Source of the DNA: Alphaproteobacteria bacterium
GTDB lineage: Bacteria; Pseudomonadota; Alphaproteobacteria; UBA828
Reading direction: 5' to 3'
NCBI GenBank assembly: GCA_963667785.2
Contig: CAXXMU010000002.1
Span: 640,001-704,000, forward strand
DNA: 64,000 bases
Shown in pieces: positions 8,451 to 19,837 of this stretch. Both the position numbers and the translations under genes were made by a program. Every line of letters begins with the position of its first letter. Within the stretch, counting starts at the first letter, position 1. The notes beneath the pieces are model-generated. The model was not told the DNA's origin. It was given only the letters and a program-made list of their open reading frames with translations, and did not search any database.

Positions 8451-9918
8451 GCAGGTTCCTGCGCGCCGCCGCGTCGCGCCCGGCGATCCGGCCGAAGACC
8501 GCGCCCCGCATCACCGAGGTGGAGCCGGTATAGGTGCGGTAGTAGAGCCCGGCGGTCTCGCCGGCGGCGTAGAGGCCGGGAATCGCCTCGCCGTCAGAGT
8601 CGAGCACCCGGGCGGAGGGGTCGATCTTGAGCCCGCCGAAGGTGAAGCAGTTGGCGGCGATGATCGGCCAGGCGCGATAGGGGGGGCGGTCCACCGGCCT
8701 CGCCCAGTTCGACTTCCGGGGCTCGAGGCCGGCCGTCTCCAGGCCGTCCGGCGCGAGCGGGGCGAACCCGTCCTCGGCCGGGCAGGCGGCGTTGTAGGCG
8801 GTAAGCGTGCCAGCCAGCCCCGCGCCGTCGATGCCGAGCGCGTCCGCCAGCGCGGCCGGGGTCTCCGCCTCCACCGGCGGCTGGTCGGTCCGCACCGCCT
8901 TTCGCCAGTTGGGCACGTCGTCGAGCCGCGCGTCGGTGACGGCAAACGCGATGCCCTCGGTCTGCGCCATGATCCGCCGCGACGTGGCCTCGTAGGTCGC
9001 GTCCACCGTGGCCGGCGCCTCGTCGGTGAAGCGCCTGCCTTCGCGGTTCACCAGAATGCCGTAGGTGTAGTTGAGCACCACCGGCTCGTGCCGGCCCGAG
9101 CGCGGATCGACCGGCTGGGCGTGGAAGCTGCCGTAGTCGCCGCAGGGGGCGGCGCCGATCTCGAGCGCCATGCGGATGCCCTCGCCCCGGTTGTAGTAGC
9201 CGCCGCGCGCGACCGGGCGGATGAACTGGCTCTGTGGGCCGAGATAGCGGCTCAGCATCTCCGGGTTGCCCTCGAAGCCGCCCGACGCCAGCACCACTGC
9301 GCGTGCGTTCAGCCTGAGCCTGCGATTGCCGGCGCCGCTCGCCTCGATGCCATTCACCCGGCCCGCCTCGTCGAGGGAGAGGCGCCGCGCCGTCGTCTCG
9401 TAGCGGACGGCGATCCGCTCCGGCACCGATTCGGCATGGGCCGCCAGCGCCTCCACGAGCGCGAGGCCGCCGCCCGCCGGCGCCATGCGGGTGGTGCTCT
9501 CGGTGATAAAGTAGTTGGGGAGGAAGTCGAAGGCGACGCCGAAGCCGCTGAGCCAGCGGAGCGTCGGCCCGGCGTTCTCGGCGAGCGTCGAGACCAGCTC
9601 GGGATCGACGAAGCCGAGCCCGCGCAAGAGCCGGGGCCAGGCGTCGTAGGGCTTTGCGCTCTCTCCGATCACCGCCGGGTCGGGGTGGCCGCCGGCGTTC
9701 TCGGCGAATCGGTCCCAGAAATCCTCCGAGACCTCGTCGTGGCTCCGCATGCGCCAGAAGGATTCGGTGTAGCGGGTGTTGCCGCCGCGCTCCTCCCTCG
9801 GCGCCCGCTCCAGCAGGGCGACCCGCGCGCCCGCCTGCTGCGCGCTCACCGCGGCCGAAAGCCCGGCGATGCCGCAGCCCACCACGATCACGTCGTAGCC
9901 GTCGTCCCCGCTCGCCAC
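8446..9918 (-). CDS. FAD-dependent oxidoreductase, TcuA (tricarballylate dehydrogenase)/fumarate reductase flavoprotein family
   Basis: 'YDVIVVGCGIAG', 'ERGGNTRYT', 'ASGGFEGN', 'FTFGGLKID', 'IPGLYAAGE'. Confidence 0.8.
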   Translation of the reverse strand: MASGDDGYDVIVVGCGIAGLSAAVSAQQAGARVALLERAPREERGGNTRYTESFWRMRSHDEVSEDFWDRFAENAGGHPDPAVIGESAKPYDAWPRLLRGLGFVDPELVSTLAENAGPTLRWLSGFGVAFDFLPNYFITESTTRMAPAGGGLALVEALAAHAESVPERIAVRYETTARRLSLDEAGRVNGIEASGAGNRRLRLNARAVVLASGGFEGNPEMLSRYLGPQSQFIRPVARGGYYNRGEGIRMALEIGAAPCGDYGSFHAQPVDPRSGRHEPVVLNYTYGILVNREGRRFTDEAPATVDATYEATSRRIMAQTEGIAFAVTDARLDDVPNWRKAVRTDQPPVEAETPAALADALGIDGAGLAGTLTAYNAACPAEDGFAPLAPDGLETAGLEPRKSNWARPVDRPPYRAWPIIAANCFTFGGLKIDPSARVLDSDGEAIPGLYAAGETAGLYYRTYTGSTSVMRGAVFGRIAGRDAAARRNLR

Positions 9919-10001
9919 GCTGGCGCCCCCCGCCGTTTGCGGCCATCCATGCGTCGGGCTATCTACCCTGCGGGCGCACGGGCGGCAACGCGGGCGGCGG
10001 G

Positions 10002-12386
10002 ATGGCGAGGGGTATCGGCACGGCCGAGAGGCGGGTGGAGGACGAGCGCTTCCTCACCGGCCGCGGGCGCTATCTCGACGATATCGCGCTGCCCCGCCAG
10101 GCCTGGGGCCACGTGGTGCGCTCGCCCCATGCCCACGCGGACATCAGGGCGATAGCGACCGGCGCCGCGCTCGCCATGCCGGGCGTGCGTGCGGTCTTCA
10201 CCGCCGCGGAGCTCGCCGCCGCCGGCATCGGCGGGATCCCCTGCGTGATGGTGCCCACGGGGGCCGACGGCAGCGCGGCGGCGATCCCGCCCCGCCCGGT
10301 GCTCGCGCACACTCGCGTGCTGACGGTGGGCGACCCGGTCGCCTTCGTGGTGGCCGACAGCGCCGCCGAGGCCCGTGCAGGCGCCGAGGCCGTCGCCGTG
10401 GACTACGAACCGCTGCCGGCCGTCACCGATGCCGGGGCCGCGCTCGCGCCCGGCGCGCCGCTCCTGCACGAGGACGCGCCCGGCAATCTCTGCCTCGACT
10501 GGGAGCTGGGCGACCGCGCGGCGGTGGAGCAGGCGTTCGCCGCCGCCGCCCATCGCGTCAGCCTGGAGACGCGCAACCAGCGGCTCAGCGTCTGCCCCAT
10601 GGAGACGCGGGCCGCGCTCGGCGCCTTCGACGCCGGCACCGGGACCTACACGCTCACCGCCGGCACCCAGGGCGTCCACCTGGTGCGGAACGTCATTGCC
10701 AGGCACGTGCTGAAGGTGCCGGTCGCGAACGTGCGCGTGGTGACGCCGGACGTCGGCGGCGCCTTCGGGGTCAAGATCTGGGTCTATCCCGAGTACGCGC
10801 TCGTGCTCTTCGCCGCCCGCGCGCTCGGCCGTCCGGTCAAGTGGGTGGGGGACCGCAGCGAGTCCATGGCGATCGACCACCATGCCCGCGACCTCGACGC
10901 CCGCGTGACGCTCGCGCTCGACGCCGACGGGCGCTTCCTCGCGCTGAGCCTCGAGAACGTCGCCAATCTCGGCGCCTATCCCTCCAATTACGGGCCGTCC
11001 GTGCCGACCGTCGGCGGCAGCCGCGCGCTGATCGGCCCCTACACCACGCCGGCGCTCCACGTCCGCGTGCGCGCGGCCTACACCAACACCGCGCCGACCG
11101 ACGCCTACCGGGGCGCGGGCCGGCCGGAGTGCGTTCACCTGCTGGAGCGCGTGATCGACAAGGCGGCGCACGAGCTGGGCCTCTGCCCGGCCGCGCTGCG
11201 CCGCCGGAACCTGATCCCCGCCGCCGCCATGCCCTACCGCACGCCGCTCGGCCACACATACGATTCCGGCGACTTCCCGGCCATCCTCGAGGCGGCCTGC
11301 GCGGAGAGCGGCTGGCACGCGGCGCGCGAGCGGCGGGTGGCCGGGGCGGAAGGGGAGGGCGCGGAGGAGGGGACTCACCTGCGCGGCATCGGGCTCGCCC
11401 TCTACGTCGATCCCTGCGGCCGCAACCGCAACCAGTGGGCGGCGCTGCACTTCGATGCGGACGGCGGGGCGACGGTGCTGATCGGCAGCCAGTCGACCGG
11501 GCAGGGGCATGAGACCGCCTTCGCCCAGATCGTCGCCGACCACCTCGGCATCCCGCTCGCCAGCGTGCGCGTACGCCAGGGAGACACCGACCTCATCCCC
11601 CACGGCAGTGGCTCCAGCGGCTCGCGCTCGCTCGCCATGGGCGGCAACGCGCTGCGCCGGGCCGCGGCCGACGCGGCGGAGAAGGGGCGTGCCGTGGCCG
11701 CCGCCCTGCTGCAGGCGCCGGCGGACGACGTGCGCTTCGAGGACGCGCGCTACCGCGTCGCCGGCAGCGACAGGACCCTCGACTTCGCGGAGGTCGCGCG
11801 CGCCTCCTTCGACCCGGTGCTCCGGCCCGACGCCGAGACCCTCGGCCTCGACTGCCAGGTCAACCACGTGGCGCGCGCCGTGACCTTCGCGAATGGCTGC
11901 CACGTCTGCGAGGTGGAGATCGAGCGCGCCACCGGCCAAGTGCGCATCGTCGGCTACACCGCCGTCGACGACTTCGGGCGTATCCTCAATCCGCTGCTGG
12001 CGGAAGGCCAGAACCACGGCGCCATCGCGCAGGGAATCGGCCAGGCGCTCTCCGAGCGCACCGCCTACGACGAGGCCAGCGGGCAGCTTCTGACCGGCTC
12101 CTTCATGGACTACACGCTGCCGCGTGCCGACGAGCTGCCGCCCTTCGCCGGCCGCTTCGCCGTGATACCGTGCCTCACCAACGAGCTCGGCGTGAAGGGC
12201 ATGGGCGAGGCCGGCACCATCGTAGCGCCGGCGGCGGTGATGAACGCGGTGGCTGACGCGCTCCGCGACCACGGCGGCCACGAGGCGCTGGCCATGCCGG
12301 CCACGCCGGAGGCGGTCTGGCGGCTCCTGCGGCGGGAGCCCGGGGGCGGTCAACCGGACGAGACGGAAGGAAAAGGCGACTCATGA
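10002..12386 (+). CDS. Xanthine dehydrogenase family molybdopterin-binding subunit (form II CoxL-like)
   Basis: 'RVEDERFLTGRGRY', 'VRSPHAHA', 'VGGAFG', active-site loop AYRGAGR, 'GQGHET', 'GVKGMGE'; start taken at ATG 10002. Confidence 0.9.
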   Translation: MARGIGTAERRVEDERFLTGRGRYLDDIALPRQAWGHVVRSPHAHADIRAIATGAALAMPGVRAVFTAAELAAAGIGGIPCVMVPTGADGSAAAIPPRPVLAHTRVLTVGDPVAFVVADSAAEARAGAEAVAVDYEPLPAVTDAGAALAPGAPLLHEDAPGNLCLDWELGDRAAVEQAFAAAAHRVSLETRNQRLSVCPMETRAALGAFDAGTGTYTLTAGTQGVHLVRNVIARHVLKVPVANVRVVTPDVGGAFGVKIWVYPEYALVLFAARALGRPVKWVGDRSESMAIDHHARDLDARVTLALDADGRFLALSLENVANLGAYPSNYGPSVPTVGGSRALIGPYTTPALHVRVRAAYTNTAPTDAYRGAGRPECVHLLERVIDKAAHELGLCPAALRRRNLIPAAAMPYRTPLGHTYDSGDFPAILEAACAESGWHAARERRVAGAEGEGAEEGTHLRGIGLALYVDPCGRNRNQWAALHFDADGGATVLIGSQSTGQGHETAFAQIVADHLGIPLASVRVRQGDTDLIPHGSGSSGSRSLAMGGNALRRAAADAAEKGRAVAAALLQAPADDVRFEDARYRVAGSDRTLDFAEVARASFDPVLRPDAETLGLDCQVNHVARAVTFANGCHVCEVEIERATGQVRIVGYTAVDDFGRILNPLLAEGQNHGAIAQGIGQALSERTAYDEASGQLLTGSFMDYTLPRADELPPFAGRFAVIPCLTNELGVKGMGEAGTIVAPAAVMNAVADALRDHGGHEALAMPATPEAVWRLLRREPGGGQPDETEGKGDS

Positions 12387-13414
12387 CGAGCTGGCGCAAC
12401 CGCAAGACCCTGATCCTCAGCCGCACCGACATGATGGGCCTGCTCGAGCCCGGCGAGTATGTCGACTGCGTCGAGACCGCATTCCGCCGGCACGGCGAGG
12501 GACGCTGCTACCTGGAGCCCAAGGGCCACATCGTGCTCGACAAGTATCCCGGTGAGTGGGAGGTCATGCCGTCCTACATCGAGGAGCCGGCCGGTGCGGG
12601 CGTTACCGAGGCCGCCGCCTGCAAGTGGGTCTCGATCCGCGAGCACAACCGCGCCCGCTTCGACCTGCCGACGGTCTTCTCGATCCTGGTCTACACCGAG
12701 CCGGAGACCGGCTTTCCCCTGGCCATCGTCGACGGCAGCTACCACACCATGATGCGCACAGGCGCGTCCGCCGCCGTCTCGATCCGCTGGCTCGCGCGCG
12801 AGGACGCGAAGGTGCTGGCGCTGGTGGGCGCGGGCGACGTGGGCATCGGCTCGCTCCGCACCTGCGCCGGCGTGCGCGACTGGTCCGAGGTCAGGGTCTG
12901 GAGCCGCACCCAGGCCACCCTCGACGCCTTCATGGCGAGCGAGACGGCGCGCCATCCGGGACTCGCGCTGGTGCCCTCCACCGATCTCGAGGCCGTGGTG
13001 CGGGGCGCCGACGCCGTCGTCACCACCACCACCGGGGCCGCGCTCGTGGTGAGGAACGAGTGGATCGCCGACGGCACCCACATCGCGGCGCTCGGCTCCG
13101 ACCTCGCCGGCAACCAGGAGCTGGAGAGCGCGATCGCGGCCAGGGCGCGCATCTTCGTGGACGACATCAGGCAGTGCGTGCCGGACGGCGAGATCAACGT
13201 GCCGATCAAGGAAGGCGCGATCGCGCCGGGCGACGTGGCCGGCGAGATCGGCGCCGTCATCTGCGGCACCCTGGAGGGCCGGCGCGAGGACGCAGAGGTC
13301 ACGCTCTTCGATTCCACCGGCATCGCGATCCAGGATTCCGCGACCGTCCCGCTCGAATACCAGCGCGCGGTGGAGGCGGGCGTCGGCATCGAGAAGAAGA
13401 TGATCTCGACCTGA
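12383..13414 (+). CDS. Ornithine cyclodeaminase/mu-crystallin family protein (imine reductase/alanine dehydrogenase-like)
   Basis: 'MRTGASAAV', 'VGAG', 'GTHIAALG', 'LFDSTGIAIQD'; ATGA overlap with the upstream gene. Confidence 0.88.
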   Translation: MTSWRNRKTLILSRTDMMGLLEPGEYVDCVETAFRRHGEGRCYLEPKGHIVLDKYPGEWEVMPSYIEEPAGAGVTEAAACKWVSIREHNRARFDLPTVFSILVYTEPETGFPLAIVDGSYHTMMRTGASAAVSIRWLAREDAKVLALVGAGDVGIGSLRTCAGVRDWSEVRVWSRTQATLDAFMASETARHPGLALVPSTDLEAVVRGADAVVTTTTGAALVVRNEWIADGTHIAALGSDLAGNQELESAIAARARIFVDDIRQCVPDGEINVPIKEGAIAPGDVAGEIGAVICGTLEGRREDAEVTLFDSTGIAIQDSATVPLEYQRAVEAGVGIEKKMIST

Positions 13415-13529
13415 TCCCGCGGCCGGCGTTCGCTCTCGTGCCCTGCCCCTGGGTGCTTGCGGCCGCTGCGGCGGCGACATAGCTTCATCGCGGCACCGCT
13501 GCCGGCAGCGACAAGGAGAGAGGAGCACG

Positions 13530-14684
13530 ATGGCCAAGATCGTAGACGTGCGCGCGAGCGCGCATTCCTGCTCGCTCGATAACTACCGCGTGCGCCTGGG
13601 GCTCGGCACCAACACCAAGCGCGACATCGTGCTGGTGCGCATCACCGACGAGAGCGGCGCGGTGGGCTACGGCGAGGCCCATCACGGCCAGAACCCGACC
13701 GCCATGGCGACGGTGATCCAGGACGGGCTCGGCTCGCTCATCATCGGCGCCGACCCGCTGGACAGCGAGGGCATCTGGCACCGGCTCGAGCGTCAGCAGA
13801 TCGTCACGCACGGGCTGGGCGCCGGCAGCATCACCGCGCTCGCCGGCATCGACAACGCGCTCTGGGACCTCAAGGGCAAGCTGCTGGACCTGCCGGTCTA
13901 TCGCCTCCTCGGCGGGGCGAAGAGGCGCATCCGCGCCTATGCCGGCGGGCTCAGCCTCGGCTTCAAGCCGCCGGAGGAGCTGGAGGCCGAGGTCGAGGCC
14001 CTGGTCGCAGACGGCTACACCGCCATCAAGATGCGCGTCGGCGATCACCCGGCGCGGGATGCCGAGCGCGTCGGCCACATCCGCAGGACCTTCGGCGACG
14101 ATCTCGACATCGCCGTCGACGCCGCCACCCGCTACGACCTGCTCGATATCCCCGACGTGCTGCGCTATTGCGAGGAGAACCGCGTCTACTGGCTGGAGGA
14201 GCCGTTCACGCCTGACAACATTCCGGCCTATGCGGAGCTCAGGCAGCGCACGGCGATCCCCATCGCCGCCGGTGAGAACCACTACGGCAGGCCGGCGTTC
14301 CGCGCCCTCTTCGAGGCCCGCGCCATCTCCATCTGCCAGGCCGATTTCTGCAAGTCGGGCGGGATCAGCGAGCTCAAGAAGATCGCCGACATGGCCGCCG
14401 CCTGGCACATCCCGGTGGCGCCGCACACCAGCCACAGCATCCTGAGCGCCGCCGGCAACGCTCATCTGCTGTGCGCGATCCCGAACGGGCTGATCTACGA
14501 GGCCGACGTGGCCCGGGTAAACCCCTTCCGCACCGATCTCGCGAAGGGCTACACCGGCGTCGTCGACGGCCACATCGAGCCGCCGGACGGCCCCGGCTAC
14601 GGCATCGAGATCGACGAGACCGTGCTGGAGCGCTATCCCGCCATCCCCGGACCCTGCTACATCCCCGGCTGGGCGGACGGGTAG
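13530..14684 (+). CDS. Mandelate racemase/muconate lactonizing enzyme (enolase superfamily) protein
   Basis: 'GIDNALWDLKGK', 'PVYRLLGG', KxR motif, 'VDA', 'WLEEP', 'AGEN', 'PGYGIE'. Confidence 0.9.
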   Translation: MAKIVDVRASAHSCSLDNYRVRLGLGTNTKRDIVLVRITDESGAVGYGEAHHGQNPTAMATVIQDGLGSLIIGADPLDSEGIWHRLERQQIVTHGLGAGSITALAGIDNALWDLKGKLLDLPVYRLLGGAKRRIRAYAGGLSLGFKPPEELEAEVEALVADGYTAIKMRVGDHPARDAERVGHIRRTFGDDLDIAVDAATRYDLLDIPDVLRYCEENRVYWLEEPFTPDNIPAYAELRQRTAIPIAAGENHYGRPAFRALFEARAISICQADFCKSGGISELKKIADMAAAWHIPVAPHTSHSILSAAGNAHLLCAIPNGLIYEADVARVNPFRTDLAKGYTGVVDGHIEPPDGPGYGIEIDETVLERYPAIPGPCYIPGWADG

Positions 14685-14707
14685 GCGCGCGCCGGGGAGG
14701 GGGGGCC

Positions 14708-15577
14708 ATGGCGCTCGAGATCACGCCCATCGACGCCACTCTCGGCGCGACGGTGAGCGGCGTCCGCCTCGATGCGCTCGACGACGAGACCTTCGCGGCC
14801 ATCGAGGCGGCGTGGCACGCCCACGCCGTCCTGGTCTTCCCCGGCCAGCATCTCTCCGAAGAGGCGCAGGTCGCCTTCAGCGAACGCTTCGGCCCGCTGG
14901 AGCGCAGCCTGACCAAGACCCACACCCAGCACGACCCGGCCATCATCCACCTCTCCAACGTCAGGAAGGACGGCACGCTCTGGCCCGCCAACAGCGAGAC
15001 CGGGCTGCTGCTCAAGGGCAACAACTACTGGCACACCGACAGCTCCTTCAAGCGCATCCCGGCCAAGGGCTCGGCGCTGACCGCGAGGATCGTGCCCGAG
15101 ACCGGCGGCGACACTGCGTTCGCGGACATGCGCGCGGCCTACGACGCCCTGGAGCCCGCCATGCAGGACTGGCTCGCCGACAAGATCGCCGTGCACAGCT
15201 ACGCCTACAGCCAGGGCAGGGTCGGCGGCATGGCCGGGATCAGCGAGGACGAGTGGGAGGCGCTGCCGCCGGTGGAGCAGCCGCTGATCCGCACCCACCC
15301 GGCGACGGGCCGGCGCAACCTCTATATCGGCCGCCACGCGAGCCACATCGTGGGCGAGGACGAGCGGGAGAGCCGCCGCCTGCTGGAGCGTCTCTGCGAG
15401 GACGCCTGCCGGCCGCCCCGCGTCTTCGTCCACGACTGGGCGATCGGCGACCTGGTGATGTGGGACAACCGCTGCGTGCTGCACCGCGGCCTCGGCTATC
15501 CCGCCGACCAGCCGCGCCGCATGGTCCGCACCACCATCGCCGGCGACAGCGGCGACGCCAACGAGTGGGTCGCCTGA
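14708..15577 (+). CDS. TauD/TfdA family Fe(II)/2-oxoglutarate dioxygenase
   Basis: 'WHTDSS', 'GGDTAFADMRAAYDAL', 'HPATGR', 'WDNRCVLHR'. Confidence 0.92.
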   Translation: MALEITPIDATLGATVSGVRLDALDDETFAAIEAAWHAHAVLVFPGQHLSEEAQVAFSERFGPLERSLTKTHTQHDPAIIHLSNVRKDGTLWPANSETGLLLKGNNYWHTDSSFKRIPAKGSALTARIVPETGGDTAFADMRAAYDALEPAMQDWLADKIAVHSYAYSQGRVGGMAGISEDEWEALPPVEQPLIRTHPATGRRNLYIGRHASHIVGEDERESRRLLERLCEDACRPPRVFVHDWAIGDLVMWDNRCVLHRGLGYPADQPRRMVRTTIAGDSGDANEWVA

Positions 15578-15644
15578 GCCGGGCACCTCTGGCGACAAGA
15601 CCAAACTGCGAAGCGTGAAATGGTCCGGCGCCGGCTGAACCACT

Positions 15645-15694
15645 ATGGTGCGCCGCGAGGGCGGGACCGGATGGTGCGCCGCGAGGGCGGGACC
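15645..15694 (+). repeat. 24-bp perfect direct repeat upstream of the PPOX gene
   Basis: atggtgcgccgcgagggcgggacc at 15645-15668 and 15671-15694. Confidence 0.75.
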
Positions 15695-15713
15695 TGAGAG
15701 GGAGAGACGAGCG

Positions 15714-16109
15714 ATGGTTGAGCTGCCGGATCTGGCGCGGAGACTCCTGGAGGGCAAGAACTTCGCCACCGTGGCGACCCTGATGGCCGACGGCCAACCC
15801 CAGGCGTCGGTGGTGTGGATCGACACCGACGGCGCCCTCATCGTCTTCAACACCGCGGAAGGGCGCGTGAAGCCCCGCAACATGCGGCGCGACGCGCGGG
15901 TCGCGGTCGCCGTGTTCGATCAGGAGAACCCCTACCAGCAGGCCATGATCCAGGGCCGCGTGGTGGAGATGGTGCACGAGGGCGCAGAAGAGCACATCGA
16001 CGCGATGGCCAAGAAATACCTGGGCGTGGACAGCTATCCCTTCCGCAAGGAGGGCGAGCAGCGGGTGATCGTGAAGATCGCGCCGGAGAAGGTCGCGCTG
16101 ATGGAGTAG
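15714..16109 (+). CDS. PPOX-class split beta-barrel oxidoreductase, probably F420-dependent
   Basis: 'FATVATLMADGQPQASVVW', 'KPRNMRRDARVAV', 'AKKYLG', 'RVIVKIAP'. Confidence 0.8.
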   Translation: MVELPDLARRLLEGKNFATVATLMADGQPQASVVWIDTDGALIVFNTAEGRVKPRNMRRDARVAVAVFDQENPYQQAMIQGRVVEMVHEGAEEHIDAMAKKYLGVDSYPFRKEGEQRVIVKIAPEKVALME

Positions 16110-16146
16110 GCCGTCAGCGGACGACGGGACAAGGGAGGGACGCGCG

Positions 16147-16893
16147 ATGAGGCTGGCCGGCAAGCGGGCGCTGATCACGGGCGGGCTCGGCGGCATCGGC
16201 CGCAAGGTGGCCGAGCGTCTCGCCGCCGAAGGGGCCACGCTCGCGCTCGCCGATGCCGCCGCCGGCGAGAGCCCGGTCGCGGACGCGCGCTGCTACGTGG
16301 CGGACCTCGCCCGGGTCTCGGAGTGTCGCAGGCTGGCCGACGAGGTCCGGGCCGATCTCGGCGACATCGACCTGCTGGTCAACTGCGTCGGCGTCTTCGA
16401 GCAGTCGGAGTTCGACGAGACCACCGAGGAGAACTGGGACCGCACCGTCGACATCAACCTCAAGGGGGTGTTCTTCCTCATCCAGGCGGTGGCGCCGCAG
16501 ATGCGCCGGCAGGGAGGCGGGCGCATCGTCAACATCACCTCGATCGCGGCCAGCCAGGGCTTCGCCACGGCGCAGGCCTACTGCGCGGCGAAGGGCGGGC
16601 TGCTCAACCTCACCCGCGCGCTCGCGCTGGCGCTGGCGCCGGACGAGATCAACGTCAACGCGGTGGCGCCGGGCTTCATCCGCACGCAGATGACCGAGCA
16701 TCAGTGGACCGACGACGCCTTCATCGGCAGCCTCGGCCGCATGCTCGCGACGCGGAAGGGTTACATGGAGCCCGACGCGATAGCAGCCGCCGTGCTCTTC
16801 CTCTGCTCGGACGATGCCGCCCACGTTCACGGCGTCAATCTGGGCGTGGATGACGGCTGGCTCGCCGGCATCTCGGGGGCCGCCTTCACGTGA
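16147..16893 (+). CDS. Short-chain dehydrogenase/reductase
   Basis: TGGLGGIG, YCAAK catalytic motif, 'NAVAPG'. Confidence 0.92.
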   Translation: MRLAGKRALITGGLGGIGRKVAERLAAEGATLALADAAAGESPVADARCYVADLARVSECRRLADEVRADLGDIDLLVNCVGVFEQSEFDETTEENWDRTVDINLKGVFFLIQAVAPQMRRQGGGRIVNITSIAASQGFATAQAYCAAKGGLLNLTRALALALAPDEINVNAVAPGFIRTQMTEHQWTDDAFIGSLGRMLATRKGYMEPDAIAAAVLFLCSDDAAHVHGVNLGVDDGWLAGISGAAFT

Positions 16894-16941
16894 AGGCTTG
16901 CCGCCTGATTTCGCGTCAAATCAACCGATAAGGACAGAACG

Positions 16942-17973
16942 ATGAAGTTCGGTCTGATGTTCGCCCATCAGGTGCCGCCGGAGAGCGGCATCGCCAGCAG
17001 CGAGACCTACGGCGACATGCTGCGCTGCCTGCCGCGCGCCGAGGAGCTGGGCTACGTCTCGGCCTTCCAGTGCTCCCATCACGTGCAGCGGGACAGCTTC
17101 TGCCCCGGCCCTCTGGTGGCGATGGCGGGGGCTGCGGCCGTGACCGAGCGCATGCGGATCGGCACCGCGGTCCTGCTGGTGCCGCTCTATGCGCCGCTCA
17201 AGCTCGCAGAGGACGTCGCCGTGCTCGACAACCTCTCGGGCGGGCGCTTCGTGTTCGGCGTGGCGCCGGGCTACGTGAGCCAGGAGTTCGCCGCCCACGG
17301 CGTGCCGCGCGACGAGCGCGTCGGGCGCTTCGAGGAGGCGCTGGACCTGATGATCCTCGCCTGGAGCGGCGAGCCCTTCTCCTTCGAGGGGCGCTACTAC
17401 CGGGTGGCGGAAGGGCAGGTGACGCCGAAGCCGGTGCAGAGCCCCCATCCACCCATCTGGTACGGAGTCTCGGCGCCGGGCTCGCTGCGCCGGGCGGCGG
17501 CGCGGCGCTGCGTGCAGATCATGTCGCCGCGCCACGGGCTCGCCGAGCTCGAGGCCCACTTCCAGCCCTACGAAGCCGCCGCGGCGGAGGCCGGCTGGGA
17601 GATCCCCGAGCGGCCGATCATCCGCCAGGTGTTCGTGGCGCCGACCATGGCCGAGGCCGAGGAGAAGGCCGCGCCCGCCGTGAACTACCTCTACCGCGTG
17701 CTCTACGGCGCCGCGTCGGCCGCCGGCGACCGGGTGCTCAGGCGCGACGACGGCAGCGTCATCGACGACGTCGGCAAGGTCGCGTTCGAGACCTTCAAGG
17801 ACCGCTACATCATCGGCGACCCGGACTTCGCGCTGCGCCGCATCGAGGACTACCGCAAGGCGGTGAACCCGAGCGAGGTGATCTGCTGGATGCACATGCC
17901 GGGCATCCCCGGCGCCGACGCCATGGCCTCGGTCGAGCTCTTCGCCAGCGAGGTCATGCCCCACGTCCGCTGA
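16942..17973 (+). CDS. LLM-class (luciferase-like) flavin/F420-dependent oxidoreductase
   Basis: 'AEELGY', 'RMRIGTAVLL', 'LAEDVAVLDNLSGGR', 'PKPVQSPHPPIW'. Confidence 0.9.
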   Translation: MKFGLMFAHQVPPESGIASSETYGDMLRCLPRAEELGYVSAFQCSHHVQRDSFCPGPLVAMAGAAAVTERMRIGTAVLLVPLYAPLKLAEDVAVLDNLSGGRFVFGVAPGYVSQEFAAHGVPRDERVGRFEEALDLMILAWSGEPFSFEGRYYRVAEGQVTPKPVQSPHPPIWYGVSAPGSLRRAAARRCVQIMSPRHGLAELEAHFQPYEAAAAEAGWEIPERPIIRQVFVAPTMAEAEEKAAPAVNYLYRVLYGAASAAGDRVLRRDDGSVIDDVGKVAFETFKDRYIIGDPDFALRRIEDYRKAVNPSEVICWMHMPGIPGADAMASVELFASEVMPHVR

Positions 17974-18012
17974 CGCGACGGGCACGGCAAGCGGAACAGG
18001 GGGCGGCAGCGC

Positions 18013-19692
<1,680 letters not shown>

Positions 19693-19837
19693 CCCCCCGT
19701 TTCCGAGGTTCCCCCGCTCACACGCGGTTCCCCTTCACGTCGAGGCCGGGCCCCGGAACGAGTCCGGGGGGCGTTCCGGCCATCCACGTGTTTGCGTCTC
19801 GTCGCGCCGGGTCCGGCCGGGCGAGGTGGCGGCGGGC

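Noticed and set aside
10002-12386. Aerobic CO dehydrogenase (form I coxL)
   Set aside because: Active-site loop is AYRGAGR rather than AYXCSFR, and no coxMS or accessory genes are adjacent
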